Below the pieces are notes generated by a model. That model saw only the letters and a list, made by a program, of their open reading frames with translations. It searched no databases and was not told the origin of the DNA. Positions 57,301 to 63,820 of a stretch of 64,000 bases of DNA are shown in pieces. Position 1 is the first letter of the stretch, and every line of letters begins with the position of its first letter. Source of the stretch: an uncultured virus (IMG/VR IMGVR_UViG_3300027785_001786) (taxonomy: Duplodnaviria; Heunggongvirae; Uroviricota; Caudoviricetes); the IMG/VR virus record IMGVR_UViG_3300027785_001786; one strand, 5' to 3'. The translations under genes and the position numbers were made by a program.

Positions 57301-59201
57301 GCACCCTTGGTCGCCGCAAGTTCGCTACTAGCAATCTGTCTAACGGCATTTTCCCAATATCTTTGTCCTGCATAAACAGTTCTGCTGTTACCACCATACA
57401 ACTGATCATATGCAATGGCTTCCATAATGTAAGCAACATCTCGTTTACAAGTAGTTTGACTATATGCTAATTTTGGATAATTGGCCGCTATCCAAGCAAT
57501 AATTTCAGCCTGTGCAAATGCTATGTTGTTCAATAACAAAGTTCTTGCGCTTTGTTTTGCTATGCTTGAACTGCTGGTTGCAGTCATGATCAATGCTGGT
57601 TCAATACCGCCCTGAACCACCACAATCATGGCATTGATGCAACTGGTAATTCTATCCCGAGCAACCGTTACTGGGTTACCACCAATTTGTGCTAAATTAT
57701 TTAATTCTAGTTTTAACTGGCCGAGTGCTCCAACTATTTCTTCAACTGTTAATCCGGTAGCCGCATCTGGATAATATCTAGCAGAAACGATACTCTGATA
57801 GTTGGAATTCAACACCATGTCATAATTAACAGCATCGATCACAGAATTAAGATAGGTAGTAAGCGAAGCAGAGTTATAGGCAAAAGCCAACACTTCATCT
57901 CTGGCATAGTTAATAGCATCAACAGTCTGAATCAATTGATTACTAATAATTGCGGAATTTTGCTTTGCAAAGTAAGAAGTGGCAAATTGCAGACTATTGT
58001 AATTAGAACCAATCACAAGGTCAGTGCCAACTGCTGTTAAAATTGATGCTATGTCACTTTGATATCTAACTTGGTCGTAAGTGAATGTGTTTACATATTT
58101 GTTATTGATGTATGCAATAGTTTCTGCTTGAATGAATGCTTTGTTTGCAGTGAGCAATGCCGCGGCATCTTCATAACCAGCAACACCTGTATTTCCGCCA
58201 CTGCGTGTGACAGATTGTATTGTTGAGTTAAACTGATTGGGACTAATTGTAAAGCTGATCTTTTGACGATATGGCCCAGGTTCCAAGCTGGCCAGACTTT
58301 GTAGTGTTTCAGCTTGAAGTGCGGCCGCACCAATAGTTTTATAAGCATGTGCCCAGTTCCGGCCTTCGCGTCCGGGAGGAGTTTTTAATTGTGTGTCATC
58401 GCCGTCTGTGCGTACATACAAGTTGGTTGAGCTGACAAATACTTCATTATCAACATAAAATTTTGTAGCGGCCTGCTTGTCATCTGCACTGTTTGGAGTG
58501 CCAAAGCCAGCTACTGGAGCAGGATGATCGCTGAGAGTCAACTTGCCAATCATTGTGTCACCGCCACGATACACTGTATTTTTACGTGGCAATGCTTCGT
58601 TTGATAGATAGTTGCTAGTTAACGTTGAATCATAAGTTATGTCAGTTAAATCTGGAGTCAGCGGTTCATCACGTAAACGCAATGCTCCTACAACCACGTT
58701 GCCGTCGCCTTTGCCAACATAGTGAGTGTCAGCATAACCCTTGCTAATTGCCAATTTATCAATAGTTGTTGAAATACCAAGACTTGCATACGTGGCATTG
58801 AACGCATTGACCAATGCTGAGCTTGGATCAGGAATGTTACCAACTGCTAAATTATTAATGTTTAATGGTCCACCTAAACGAGGAGCAATGTCGTTTCTCA
58901 AATCGGATGTGGTACCAACCAAACGTAATTCGCCAGCACGGCTGTTATCAATACTAACACCTCCAGTGGCAGTTAGTGTTTTAGCAAGTATTGATGTGCC
59001 TGCACCGTTAGTAATAAACACCTGATCAGCAGTATAGCTATCCGGAGTATCCCCTAGAGCAGTGAATTTAATCGTGCCGCCCAGGCCAAAAATTGCATAT
59101 ACTTCTGTAAAGTTATCATTTACCTTGCGGAACGAGTCACGAATACTGTCGCCTGTGCCGTCATTACCTTGTATACCAATATCAATTTCTTGTTTTGCCA
59201 T
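45378..59201 (-). CDS. giant (4607 aa) tail fibre/receptor-binding protein with a C-terminal autoproteolytic chaperone-like domain
   Basis: N-terminal GNDGTGDSIRDSFRKVNDNF, many internal repeats, C-terminal ADLAEYY...GTVLVFGG...GRVPCKV...IIGKAL. Confidence 0.8.
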   Translation of the reverse strand: MAKQEIDIGIQGNDGTGDSIRDSFRKVNDNFTEVYAIFGLGGTIKFTALGDTPDSYTADQVFITNGAGTSILAKTLTATGGVSIDNSRAGELRLVGTTSDLRNDIAPRLGGPLNINNLAVGNIPDPSSALVNAFNATYASLGISTTIDKLAISKGYADTHYVGKGDGNVVVGALRLRDEPLTPDLTDITYDSTLTSNYLSNEALPRKNTVYRGGDTMIGKLTLSDHPAPVAGFGTPNSADDKQAATKFYVDNEVFVSSTNLYVRTDGDDTQLKTPPGREGRNWAHAYKTIGAAALQAETLQSLASLEPGPYRQKISFTISPNQFNSTIQSVTRSGGNTGVAGYEDAAALLTANKAFIQAETIAYINNKYVNTFTYDQVRYQSDIASILTAVGTDLVIGSNYNSLQFATSYFAKQNSAIISNQLIQTVDAINYARDEVLAFAYNSASLTTYLNSVIDAVNYDMVLNSNYQSIVSARYYPDAATGLTVEEIVGALGQLKLELNNLAQIGGNPVTVARDRITSCINAMIVVVQGGIEPALIMTATSSSSIAKQSARTLLLNNIAFAQAEIIAWIAANYPKLAYSQTTCKRDVAYIMEAIAYDQLYGGNSRTVYAGQRYWENAVRQIASSELAATKGAIAYINTLAQAIINNVGPAQVYQNSVNQYQNQTYTGGAAQGPTISNLVALISGTTFTITATNSISGITTASTTNMTAGMLLTFDLASAITVTGFQSKSGSGPYLVTFAVPAWTVQPLANTSFTMAGNANTSYNGNFAVNSSTPTTVTLSYPNDPGVYGGGATTITPYFGGITGGTAYYVIEITDATRFKISSSSGGSAITLTNTQVTTTATWAGLISANNAPAVTPPNYAAGAATLVTVYGNINSAKTSAITNTITFVNNTYPYINNATAITQITALFNTITNTLLFSLANRTSVSLVAPSSLGSPFNSASQLLLANVGFISAEVTGWIKQNYASLNYVDADGQIQWQKDVQLLVEAVAYDLTYGGLSGSTTAANQFWTSAVVNALTVYTSAIDPTEKAAKVASLSYLQTISASIIGNNPPSALYQSILPKTATFISKAGSGPYLVRLSTPTRIIPIPVGEKITVAGNSNTGYNGTFVVTASTSTSTTISYPSDPGTWSIATTTTFELAQTTSGTYTDGAGAVTAMNTKWDRIINVIDLNPPNLVTATPDLTNSSYASTGYVAVRSTILANALTVAQSTTTYLNEKYKGGFNYNEALCRRDVGYIVDAMSIDLLSGGTYQSINAGKSYYKSASARLAITTQLTETLDGIQYARTLGLQVLNQTVASRYQVLVTQAVDGSKDANRGYTASATYSTSSSTTLNVTSISGTVKVGMTVSGTGYTAGQVVTAVNGNQLTLSAAANGTPSGALTFTITAITTFTNNYAIMLSIVVNGVGVAPTPDFGTGIYTITFTNGGNGYVDQCPPGDFNILPGKILRGGSSGATANILSYSPGSLTGASNDTITCQLLQPGFFDQANNEELEFAESVGALQIVIFVEAGIYNEDYPIRLTANVSIKGDEFRRTIIRPLDRVSQSPWRKLFFYRDSVIDGMQIGPIDNSVDYVPSTNLISFVSKTSVGSGAYDVVFNIPTQTFTPSTLLTYTVAGNTNLSYNGTFTCVASSTTQITLRYASDPGTYGTSTVSTIGPLVTATISGTVGKIIITLSSNTQVSVSYLGYVFQSDVLDSNGKPGRAVVDSVSGNFMNATVMYPFTQTAVATINYTNAFTFAVGETIAQSGTTSSATGVVISATATQLTYKVTSGIMSNTNGAIIGATSGAQASVSSISFGVLAPTSWHLYETKNYGRHYLTDPADINSTPKNNRDIDVFLCGNAVRMNNMTGEGHGGFMMVLDPEGQIKSKSPYGQVATSFSRSQNKQVFAGGQFVDGFAGRLFGQITFASVDGFTLIVTGGVNSGLDIRAPQTPSAFFVRGGRYQINTVSNYAQTFDVNGNVIGGTVQLNLGAQTPWLGGAGQKINIEMAGNKSMLANDFAMINDLGYAILATNGGLTEQVSTFTYYCWTAFWALNGGQIRSVGSSSAHGQYALRASGYDVTEKPDTVSLAQNLMQTARIFNPTTLPQSSTGNAFYGNMNTAAISVYVYSYDYYPTQITELEIDHSLAGKGIVRYQVNSVSHTTVYVPTGSVGSNYAYASATFATGSTASTTMTVNSTANIKIGQTVTGTGFTRNQKVTGISLDGITLTLDGSPDSTPSGTLYFSDTVIVSGASLGGVSSSFSGNTALNTNFIASAGTLAAIRTSPALLVTGYVSKTGTGPYLVTFNIPTQLSAPTPSSGYVISGNSNTSYNGSNTVSSSTFTTITISYASDPGVFSTVNYTTIQAPVTTSATYLAKTGTAPNVFVTFTTAAVTTIPLVGGLFTIAGNSNTDYNGTFVCVGSTLTSITLRYTVDPGSSGGSATTYYFNGATITGPNIPFGTTALATTGGNTVILSNVASATASGSTFSSNAGNDLTAYVTGIVNTALATFIYTGNAVTGGSAVYNNLFSTSSSAIGVYSNFNIIVTPLFGSGTVGTIAGSGTSGAPWTATITGITSTTGMRVGNTLSATAGTGTLFGGTPTTIVITSIVSGTSITYAVVGGTTPTAGTVTAIQTSSAYTSATIGGQNVLLLTLSTSGSGGTSSTGLAAPLYDGQLVQLRMLQNFKFYEIDNVNPTRPSTAVQFTDNLGSIYRVLTYNLTEATNEILPAFQAILSTDQSFSYYLFQADTGNITKPDPVDGGAKTMGATPGDTRIAVTAFGPQQNIDQVNKGTYAFAFGGKVHGITSYTAPITTTVITGYNPTGSSGTTLVIGGTFTGTIASASSTVTFVSSFTGLVVGELITGFGIPAGTTIISINTGSSSIALSAAAVSTGSGATFTYGSTSGILTGMIVSAVGFTSGQSVLSISSNNIASFVIADTVGTVTVTSGTYVVGEAITITGTFGSTGSLTVGGTTYSSGATSNMTAGIIFYIGRVNSATSIQLASSYANAIAQTPVFITSSAGTPSGLTYARISDTVVLTAGPTSTPSGVLTFTKSTIPFITLGAIKYSITSTDANPITITRIQSRGQVAATYVPTGSFLGNITSGSASILGVNSLTNLGAGTSIAGVGLNSQVAVSAVSTTSPSTITVDNGTLLSVGNLITFQASTATFGGIPVRGGLNSSTTYTPISGVSVTSAATYTAVVTKSSSGKGTGATFTITKTGAGTAYSGFTTITLVAQGVGYVVGDTITIDGALLGGSTSTNDMTFTLATAVNQAQYYVKTIATNAITISATFGGAAVTGITSVAATTTIASFAIADLVGTATVTSGTYTVGQAITVTGTFSAGGIGGYTTGTTYYIGKVNSATSIQLTSSFTKATASTPVFDLTTTIGTATAGATFTLTQAPVTARSDNTVASTSSTTTFTATPTNGSATLTSVGSFTNLVVGAPVSGTGIVAGTVIISLNTGASTIVMSNQANGGGSPVTVTCTTNTVVLNATATATATGQFLTYNNLSTSITVYTSDRTQFIKAGMSVFGSGFTSGQTVVSATASTSGAPVTTIVLSASPDSTPFGVLGFTELSSVAGPWYTTLEIPTQSVAPIVDTFYQVSGNGNSDYNKFVQCIASSLTSITLAYSVDPESTVVSTYNPSGSVGTTLKVASSTGVAIGDIVRGGGTSGFFLGQFVTNINADGITLTVSAPPSGTPTGNITFTAPSQTASPVILTPIITGISRPMNSTVAQPLRAGYLSGTAAQITTRISTTRCSAHDLLDIGTGGYNTTNYPYQIFGNPYQKADQTNEVLEETVGRVFYVTTDQNGIFRVGRFFTVDQGTGTVTFSASIALSNLDGLGFKRGVTVSEFSTDSSMTNDASDTVPTQSAVRGYIDNRLGVQHSGATTPATALIGSGYMNLSGQLPMKGNMSMGGFTVGSMGLPILNSDATNKLYVDNVVNARDSFFKLKDTASSMQFNVAQNQIAVWGFTNANNNLQSGAWTNAAFDKAGDLTINWDGITLTSTIQGAVVYATYVSGGTAATGTFSATISGNILTVSGSPTVTVQKGMMLTGGTVTAGTYIVDTGLTTTSVTGTGGAGTYLINIPQVSTCTGGSVFLLTLNSSTGIIPGMIVSGTGYTGSQVVTGSINASVVSMSAVYNTTPSGRLAFTRNGAVNDGKVSATAAIAQSKLGMNLATATISAVPTLVTVTAGSFVVGKRYRIATVGTTNWTAPGTALWAGATAGTAGTIFQAFTIGGGTGTAIDIDALQAATGVSQYDSSQFTVTDGWVTLQTSTSTSTGVPSTKLQWITGNSVLANISGVAAAVSVTTTQAMVANGDGIRNQDISSTGNSTTIPVGGTGTLATSTGAVIRTGVKAYGVIGITATGANNMLVQTDSGGVVDVKGIKISSLPTSGNILQVASTTLEFYTPGNFKFLTAVGTSSSTNTFYGTSDFSQTGATLQSKTLTTGASGTAGTITGQWQFAASSLLDASLVTLKVATISTGADATGCTMQGTYTLSGASKLQATYADLAEYYEGDQEYEPGTVLVFGGDKEVTTTGEMNDTRSAGVVTTNPAYVMNDAQTGMRVCLALAGRVPCKVVGRVKKGDMLTTSSTPGYAVRATDPKLGSIIGKALEDKDNGEAGIIQVAVGRV

Positions 59202-59206
59202 TTTTA

Positions 59207-59530
59207 TTAAACTCCGAAGCTAGAACCGCAACCGCATGTTGATTTTGCGTTGGGATTTGTGATTGTGAAAGAACTGCCTGCAAGCTCTTCTTTATAGTCT
59301 ATTTCTGCACCCTGCAGATATTGCATACTCATTGCATCTACAAGTAACTTAAATTCATCTAGAGGAACTTCAAAATCATCCTCATTCATTACATCGTCAA
59401 AAGTAAAACCGTAGCTAAAGCCACTACAGCCTCCACCTTGTACAAAAGTGCGTAATGATAATTGGGGATTGTTTTCTTCAAGGAGTAGGTCCTTGATTTT
59501 TGTTTTTGCTGACTCGGATATAGTGATCAT
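59207..59530 (-). CDS. erpA: A-type Fe-S carrier protein (ErpA/IscA)
   Basis: [31 protein letters not shown]. Start taken as MITISES. Confidence 0.92.
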   Translation of the reverse strand: MITISESAKTKIKDLLLEENNPQLSLRTFVQGGGCSGFSYGFTFDDVMNEDDFEVPLDEFKLLVDAMSMQYLQGAEIDYKEELAGSSFTITNPNAKSTCGCGSSFGV

Positions 59531-59588
59531 GATTGCCCTCGATATGATATTTATCAAACCAATTTTATAATCCGAATGTAAATAGTAT

Positions 59589-59876
59589 ATGTTCATACGC
59601 ACTGAGTTTAGAGAATCACATCATGTACGCACCAGCAATAGGGGCATTACTCATACCTACAAGCGTAAAAAAACTGTGGTTGTGCTACAATGTGATGCAT
59701 GTAGCGAAGTAATTTATCGAGATAAAGGAAGTATGGATCCCAAACGCATAAACAATAATTTTTACCATGTGTGTGCTGACTGTGACCCAAAAAAGTTTGC
59801 ACAACTCAAAGGTGTAGAAGCACGTAAGATTTGGGATATACCGGCTAGTAGCTTAAAAACTATAGGCCAATTATAG
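59589..59876 (+). CDS. hypothetical zinc-binding protein
   Basis: CDAC and CADC pairs; TGTAAATA immediately upstream. Confidence 0.7.
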   Translation: MFIRTEFRESHHVRTSNRGITHTYKRKKTVVVLQCDACSEVIYRDKGSMDPKRINNNFYHVCADCDPKKFAQLKGVEARKIWDIPASSLKTIGQL

Positions 59877-59879
59877 CTA

Positions 59880-59887
59880 TATAAATA
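59880..59887 (+). promoter_or_regulatory. T4-type late promoter
   Basis: Exact TATAAATA before an AGGAG SD. Confidence 0.75.
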
Positions 59888-59905
59888 CTCAACAGGAGAT
59901 TAACC

Positions 59906-60166
59906 ATGTTACATTATATTAAAAGTTTGTTTGGAATTACACCTAAGGAAGCACCAGTTGCCGAAGTACCGTATAAAGTAGAAGCAAAATCATGGGAAGA
60001 TACATCAGATATTGCTCTTGCCCAACGTCCAATTCCAGTTGCTGACCAGGCTACTCAAGCAGTTGTTGAATCAATGGCTCCAGCTAAAAAGCCAGCGGCT
60101 AAGAAAACTACAGCTAAGAAAGCACCAGCGGCTAAAAAGCCACGTACTCCAAAAGCGGCAAAATAA
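59906..60166 (+). CDS. small protein with a histone H1-like Lys/Ala/Pro tail
   Basis: PAKKPAAKKTTAKKAPAAKK. Confidence 0.75.
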   Translation: MLHYIKSLFGITPKEAPVAEVPYKVEAKSWEDTSDIALAQRPIPVADQATQAVVESMAPAKKPAAKKTTAKKAPAAKKPRTPKAAK

Positions 60167-60192
60167 TATAAGGGTCTTGTGCCCTTATATTA
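60164..60192. terminator. hairpin between convergent genes
   Basis: TAATATAAGGG-tcttgtg-CCCTTATATTA. Confidence 0.65.
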
Positions 60193-60412
60193 ACTTGTCT
60201 AATTGCTCAGAGTATCGAGCCATATCCTCTTGAATCCTGGCCTTGCGCTGTTCATTCAAATTGGGATTTTCTTCCAGCTCTTCTCGGAGAGTTTCCAACC
60301 TGTGTATCAGTTGATCTCGAGATAGCTTTGGGCTTGATTTTGTAGCGCCATATTGCCGAGGCGCTTGTCGTTGTGTGGTGCGCTGACCTTTTTTACTAGT
60401 GTTATTTCCCAT
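60185..60412 (-). CDS. hypothetical protein
   Basis: Helical ORF after uvsE. Confidence 0.6.
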   Translation of the reverse strand: MGNNTSKKGQRTTQRQAPRQYGATKSSPKLSRDQLIHRLETLREELEENPNLNEQRKARIQEDMARYSEQLDKLI

Positions 60413-60430
60413 CTATTTGTTTCATAATTC

Positions 60431-61453
60431 CTATACTAATTTTAGTTCTACTGCCCTATTGTACACTTGCTCACTGCTCAAGTTTTTACCTTTGCTTTCA
60501 CACATGATGTCAAAGTTTTCCCAGAAGCCCAACGCCCAATCAGTCACTGGCTGATTCCAGTACCAATCACTGTGTGCCCGCATCTTTTGTTTCTTGTAGC
60601 CTTGTGCTAACAGTTCAGTATGATCTGGCAACACATTCACTGGGTGATCCACCAACACATCTTCTCTACTCACACTGTAATGGCATACTGGCCGTACACC
60701 ACGCCAAGAATCAATGATACGTTTGACTCTATCATCTGCAGGCTGAATGTACTCGCCGGTGCGAATCCAATGATGGTGAATGTCCAATACCAGCGCACAG
60801 TGATCCACCAGTTCAATACTGCTATCCACACCCCAGCAGTTCTCATCATTCTCAATAGTGATGCAGTTACGGGCTTCGGGGCTCAACTTCTTCAGCGTTT
60901 CTTTGATGCCTTCAGGACCACGCTTGCCTGAAATATGCACATTGATCTTCATGTCTTGGAATGTCTTACCAAAGCCCATCCATCTAGCCATGTCCGCATG
61001 ATATTCAAATTCTTCAATGCTACGTTCTACGATGCCGGGATTCTCACTGGCCAGCACACAGAACTGTCCTGGATGGAAACTAATACGCACATCATGTTTG
61101 CGAGCGGCTTCACCTACTGGAGCAAAGATACGTTCGCAATGCTGTTGTTGATCTGGATGTTGCCACCAAGTAATCCAATCTTTTTCAGTGTAGCCACTCA
61201 GCATTTCAGATCCAATACGCATCATTCTGCGCTCAGGTGGCAGAGTAGCAACTTTTTCAATCATTTTAACCGCGGCACTTGTGTTGTGATTCATCAAGTC
61301 ATATTGACGTTGTTCAGCTTCAAGCGGATGTTCACGCAACCATCGCATGGTGGTACTGCGACCATTCATTACTCTATTAGCGGCATTTACTTTCATGCCT
61401 CTCACTTCACTAGCATCGTCTAACCATTTGCAAGCATAGCCTATACGTTTCAT
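60431..61453 (-). CDS. uvsE: UV damage endonuclease
   Basis: RIGYAC, ISFHPGQF, ITIENDE, LVLDIHHH, HYS, AHSD, IMCESKGK. Confidence 0.92.
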   Translation of the reverse strand: MKRIGYACKWLDDASEVRGMKVNAANRVMNGRSTTMRWLREHPLEAEQRQYDLMNHNTSAAVKMIEKVATLPPERRMMRIGSEMLSGYTEKDWITWWQHPDQQQHCERIFAPVGEAARKHDVRISFHPGQFCVLASENPGIVERSIEEFEYHADMARWMGFGKTFQDMKINVHISGKRGPEGIKETLKKLSPEARNCITIENDENCWGVDSSIELVDHCALVLDIHHHWIRTGEYIQPADDRVKRIIDSWRGVRPVCHYSVSREDVLVDHPVNVLPDHTELLAQGYKKQKMRAHSDWYWNQPVTDWALGFWENFDIMCESKGKNLSSEQVYNRAVELKLV

Positions 61454-61461
61454 GTGTGCCT

Positions 61462-61710
61462 TTACCAGTGTCGTACGACACCTAAGATTATAAAAAAGTT
61501 TGTAAGTACATATATTAACACAATCGCAGTTCTAATGCAAGCAATTCGGTCCGCTTCCACGTCCGAACTGCCCGATTTTTCACCCAGAGCTTTTGCCCAC
61601 AGTCTCCAGTAATGCTTAACCTTCGTACGTAGCCGAATTAGCACCGTGTTCAAATACCTCAACTGATTTGATCCTGACTGTTGGATTGATTGGGTAATGC
61701 ATATCGCCAC
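61462..61710 (-). CDS. small membrane protein, start uncertain
   Basis: WRLWAKALGEK..EADRIACIRT followed by a hydrophobic helix. The listed start overlaps queD by about 95 nt. Confidence 0.5.
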   Translation of the reverse strand: MAICITQSIQQSGSNQLRYLNTVLIRLRTKVKHYWRLWAKALGEKSGSSDVEADRIACIRTAIVLIYVLTNFFIILGVVRHW

Positions 61711-62131
61711 TAGCTAAAAGCTCAGCCATTTTGTCATATGCCATTTTGGCAAACATTTCACAGCCTACACCTGGAACAATTCTTAGATCGCACAGTGCGC
61801 CGCGCTCGTGTGGCAGTTTGCTTAGATGATCTTTACTTTCAATATCCACCATCTCATTCATATGTTTGAAAAATTCCAGCATAGGATCGTCTTCAGCAAC
61901 CACTAGTGTGTGATCGAACATAGAATCGGCCCAGGCCTTAAATTCTTTTAAGCCACCAAAGTCCATGCACCAGTTTTTGTCATCTAGAGTATCACATTCA
62001 AATATTAATTTGATACCAATTGAATAACCATGTATTGTTGAGCAATGGCTGTGTGTGGCACGCCATTGTCTAAAACAGCAGGATAAGCCTCTGTCGTTAC
62101 CGTAAGTTTTTGTTGAGTAAAATTTTGCCAT
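61616..62131 (-). CDS. queD: 6-carboxytetrahydropterin synthase
   Basis: CSTIHGY, MDFG.LK, FDH, GCEMFA, VFEH..NSA. Confidence 0.9.
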   Translation of the reverse strand: MAKFYSTKTYGNDRGLSCCFRQWRATHSHCSTIHGYSIGIKLIFECDTLDDKNWCMDFGGLKEFKAWADSMFDHTLVVAEDDPMLEFFKHMNEMVDIESKDHLSKLPHERGALCDLRIVPGVGCEMFAKMAYDKMAELLASGDMHYPINPTVRIKSVEVFEHGANSATYEG

Positions 62132-62204
62132 TGTATTCTCCTTGAATAAGCAATGACACGCAGAGTTTATATTGCGGGATGAGCGTCTTAGTCCGCATGT
62201 AGTA

Positions 62205-62232
62205 ATTATACGCTTTTATGCGTAAAGGTCAA
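62205..62232 (-). promoter_or_regulatory. sigma70-type promoter for queD-uvsE
   Basis: TTGACC-N16-TATAAT. Confidence 0.7.
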
Positions 62233-62241
62233 TGGTATTGG

Positions 62242-63738
62242 TTAACCAATCATACCAAATTTAAACCACATGCCCGGAGCACCTGCAACGCAACAGATCC
62301 AACCAACATTACCGCCAATCTGTGGAACATCGCTCCAACAAATGTCGCCAACATTGTAATTACCTTGTTCAGGCGCACTCGCACCAGTAATGAATTTTCG
62401 GCCAGCGAACCCAATATTACCAGCCACTGCAAACTGTAGCTCTGGATCTGGATTATTTACGTTAACGCTTAGTGTACCAAACGCTCGAATTTGTCTACGG
62501 GTATTTTCTGAAGAACCAATTGTAATACTTCCGCTGTCAGCATAGATGATGTTTTGTTCACCCACTGTTAGATTGAAACTTAGGCTACTAGTAACGCCTC
62601 TATCATTAACTTTAACCAGTTGACTACCTTCACCAAAATTAATTTCTGTTGCTTGTATCTTTTGTGCAGTAGTATCGCTAAGAACCGACGCCCCATTTAC
62701 AGTTAATGACGTGAGATTACCCACGCTAGTCAAACTAGAATCTGTAACAGATACACCTAGTGTGGTTTCGTCCAATACTCTATTATTATTAATCATTAAA
62801 CTGCGATGCGCCGCAAGTTCAATATGTTCACTTGACCATAGTCTATCTGGATCAGGGCGTAGGATAAGTTGCTTAGGACTTCCAGAACCCACCCACTGCA
62901 AACCAATACCGAAAACTGTGCCGTCGGTTGCTAGAAATTTAACGCTGTCAGTACGTTCAATTTTAGTTTCAGTAACAATGTTTTCTGCATGTATTGTACC
63001 ATGTACAAAGAACTTAGCGCCACGACTTGTGACATTTCCAACATGTACATCACCGCCTGTTTTAACTGTAACACGGGCAATATTGTCTGTAGTAATAGCA
63101 ACATCGTGATTGCTGTAAGTACCGATGTTTACTGTGCCTGTACTTGGACTGCCAATAACAAATTCTGCACCGTTGTCAACAATACTAAATGAACCGTTAG
63201 GACTTTCAGTACCAAAACCAACTCGTCCAGTATCGCTATCTACATAAACAAACTGTCCAATCTCAACATTACCATTAACAATTAAGTTGTTTAATGGACC
63301 TAATTGACGCAAACTTGAACGGCTAACGCTACTACCTAACGTATTACCAGTCAGTACTTCGATATTATCTATCTTGTAAGCACGGCCACGCTCCAAATCC
63401 AAATGTAAGTTGGTGTATAGTCTGTTGCCTGGACGGTATACGAGTGTGCTTTCTGTATCGCCAACGTTCCAAGTAACACCTTGTCCGTTTAATGACTCTT
63501 CGGATTCAGCTCTAAAATTAGTAGTGTCTCCACTGCCGCCGCCAAGTCCCTTATTAATAATTTGGTTAGCTTCGATAACATCGGCAACAATTCTGCCTTT
63601 CACAATCAAATTATCTTGTACACTAGCGCCGCCCAAGATTTCAAGTGACCCAGTAAGGGAAGTAGGACCTTCTACATAACGTAGCAGGGCCTTGTTAATT
63701 ACAATTTTATCGTCTAGTATAGTGAATAGTTGGCTCAT
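62242..63738 (-). CDS. tail fibre-like structural protein
   Basis: SSL..[LV]G.L..L.V.G repeats, GRVGFGT..P, C-terminal GDICW..P..GG..GWIC...G.PG.W. Confidence 0.65.
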   Translation of the reverse strand: MSQLFTILDDKIVINKALLRYVEGPTSLTGSLEILGGASVQDNLIVKGRIVADVIEANQIINKGLGGGSGDTTNFRAESEESLNGQGVTWNVGDTESTLVYRPGNRLYTNLHLDLERGRAYKIDNIEVLTGNTLGSSVSRSSLRQLGPLNNLIVNGNVEIGQFVYVDSDTGRVGFGTESPNGSFSIVDNGAEFVIGSPSTGTVNIGTYSNHDVAITTDNIARVTVKTGGDVHVGNVTSRGAKFFVHGTIHAENIVTETKIERTDSVKFLATDGTVFGIGLQWVGSGSPKQLILRPDPDRLWSSEHIELAAHRSLMINNNRVLDETTLGVSVTDSSLTSVGNLTSLTVNGASVLSDTTAQKIQATEINFGEGSQLVKVNDRGVTSSLSFNLTVGEQNIIYADSGSITIGSSENTRRQIRAFGTLSVNVNNPDPELQFAVAGNIGFAGRKFITGASAPEQGNYNVGDICWSDVPQIGGNVGWICCVAGAPGMWFKFGMIG

Positions 63739-63756
63739 GTAGGCAGTCCTTTTGTA

Positions 63757-63764
63757 TATTTATA
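63757..63764 (-). promoter_or_regulatory. T4-type late promoter
   Basis: Exact TATAAATA upstream of a structural gene. Confidence 0.75.
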
Positions 63765-63791
63765 CCAAAAGACACAAACATAAAAGCCAAA

Positions 63792-63818
63792 AGAAAGCCC
63801 AGGAGTCCTGGGCTTTCT
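63792..63818 (-). terminator. intrinsic terminator
   Basis: AGAAAGCCCAGG-act-CCTGGGCTTTCT followed by TTT, just after a stop codon. Confidence 0.85.
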
Positions 63819-63820
63819 AA

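Noticed and set aside
45514..59025. Many plus-strand ORFs opposite the giant fibre gene, and similar ones opposite polB, clpA and uvsE
   Set aside because: Antisense shadows caused by codon bias; no SD, no motifs, and fully overlapping confident genes.
62132..62200. SAM-II/SAM-V riboswitch assignment for the queD leader
   Set aside because: Similar pseudoknot topology, but the GAUUU and GCUAAA-type conserved segments are missing.
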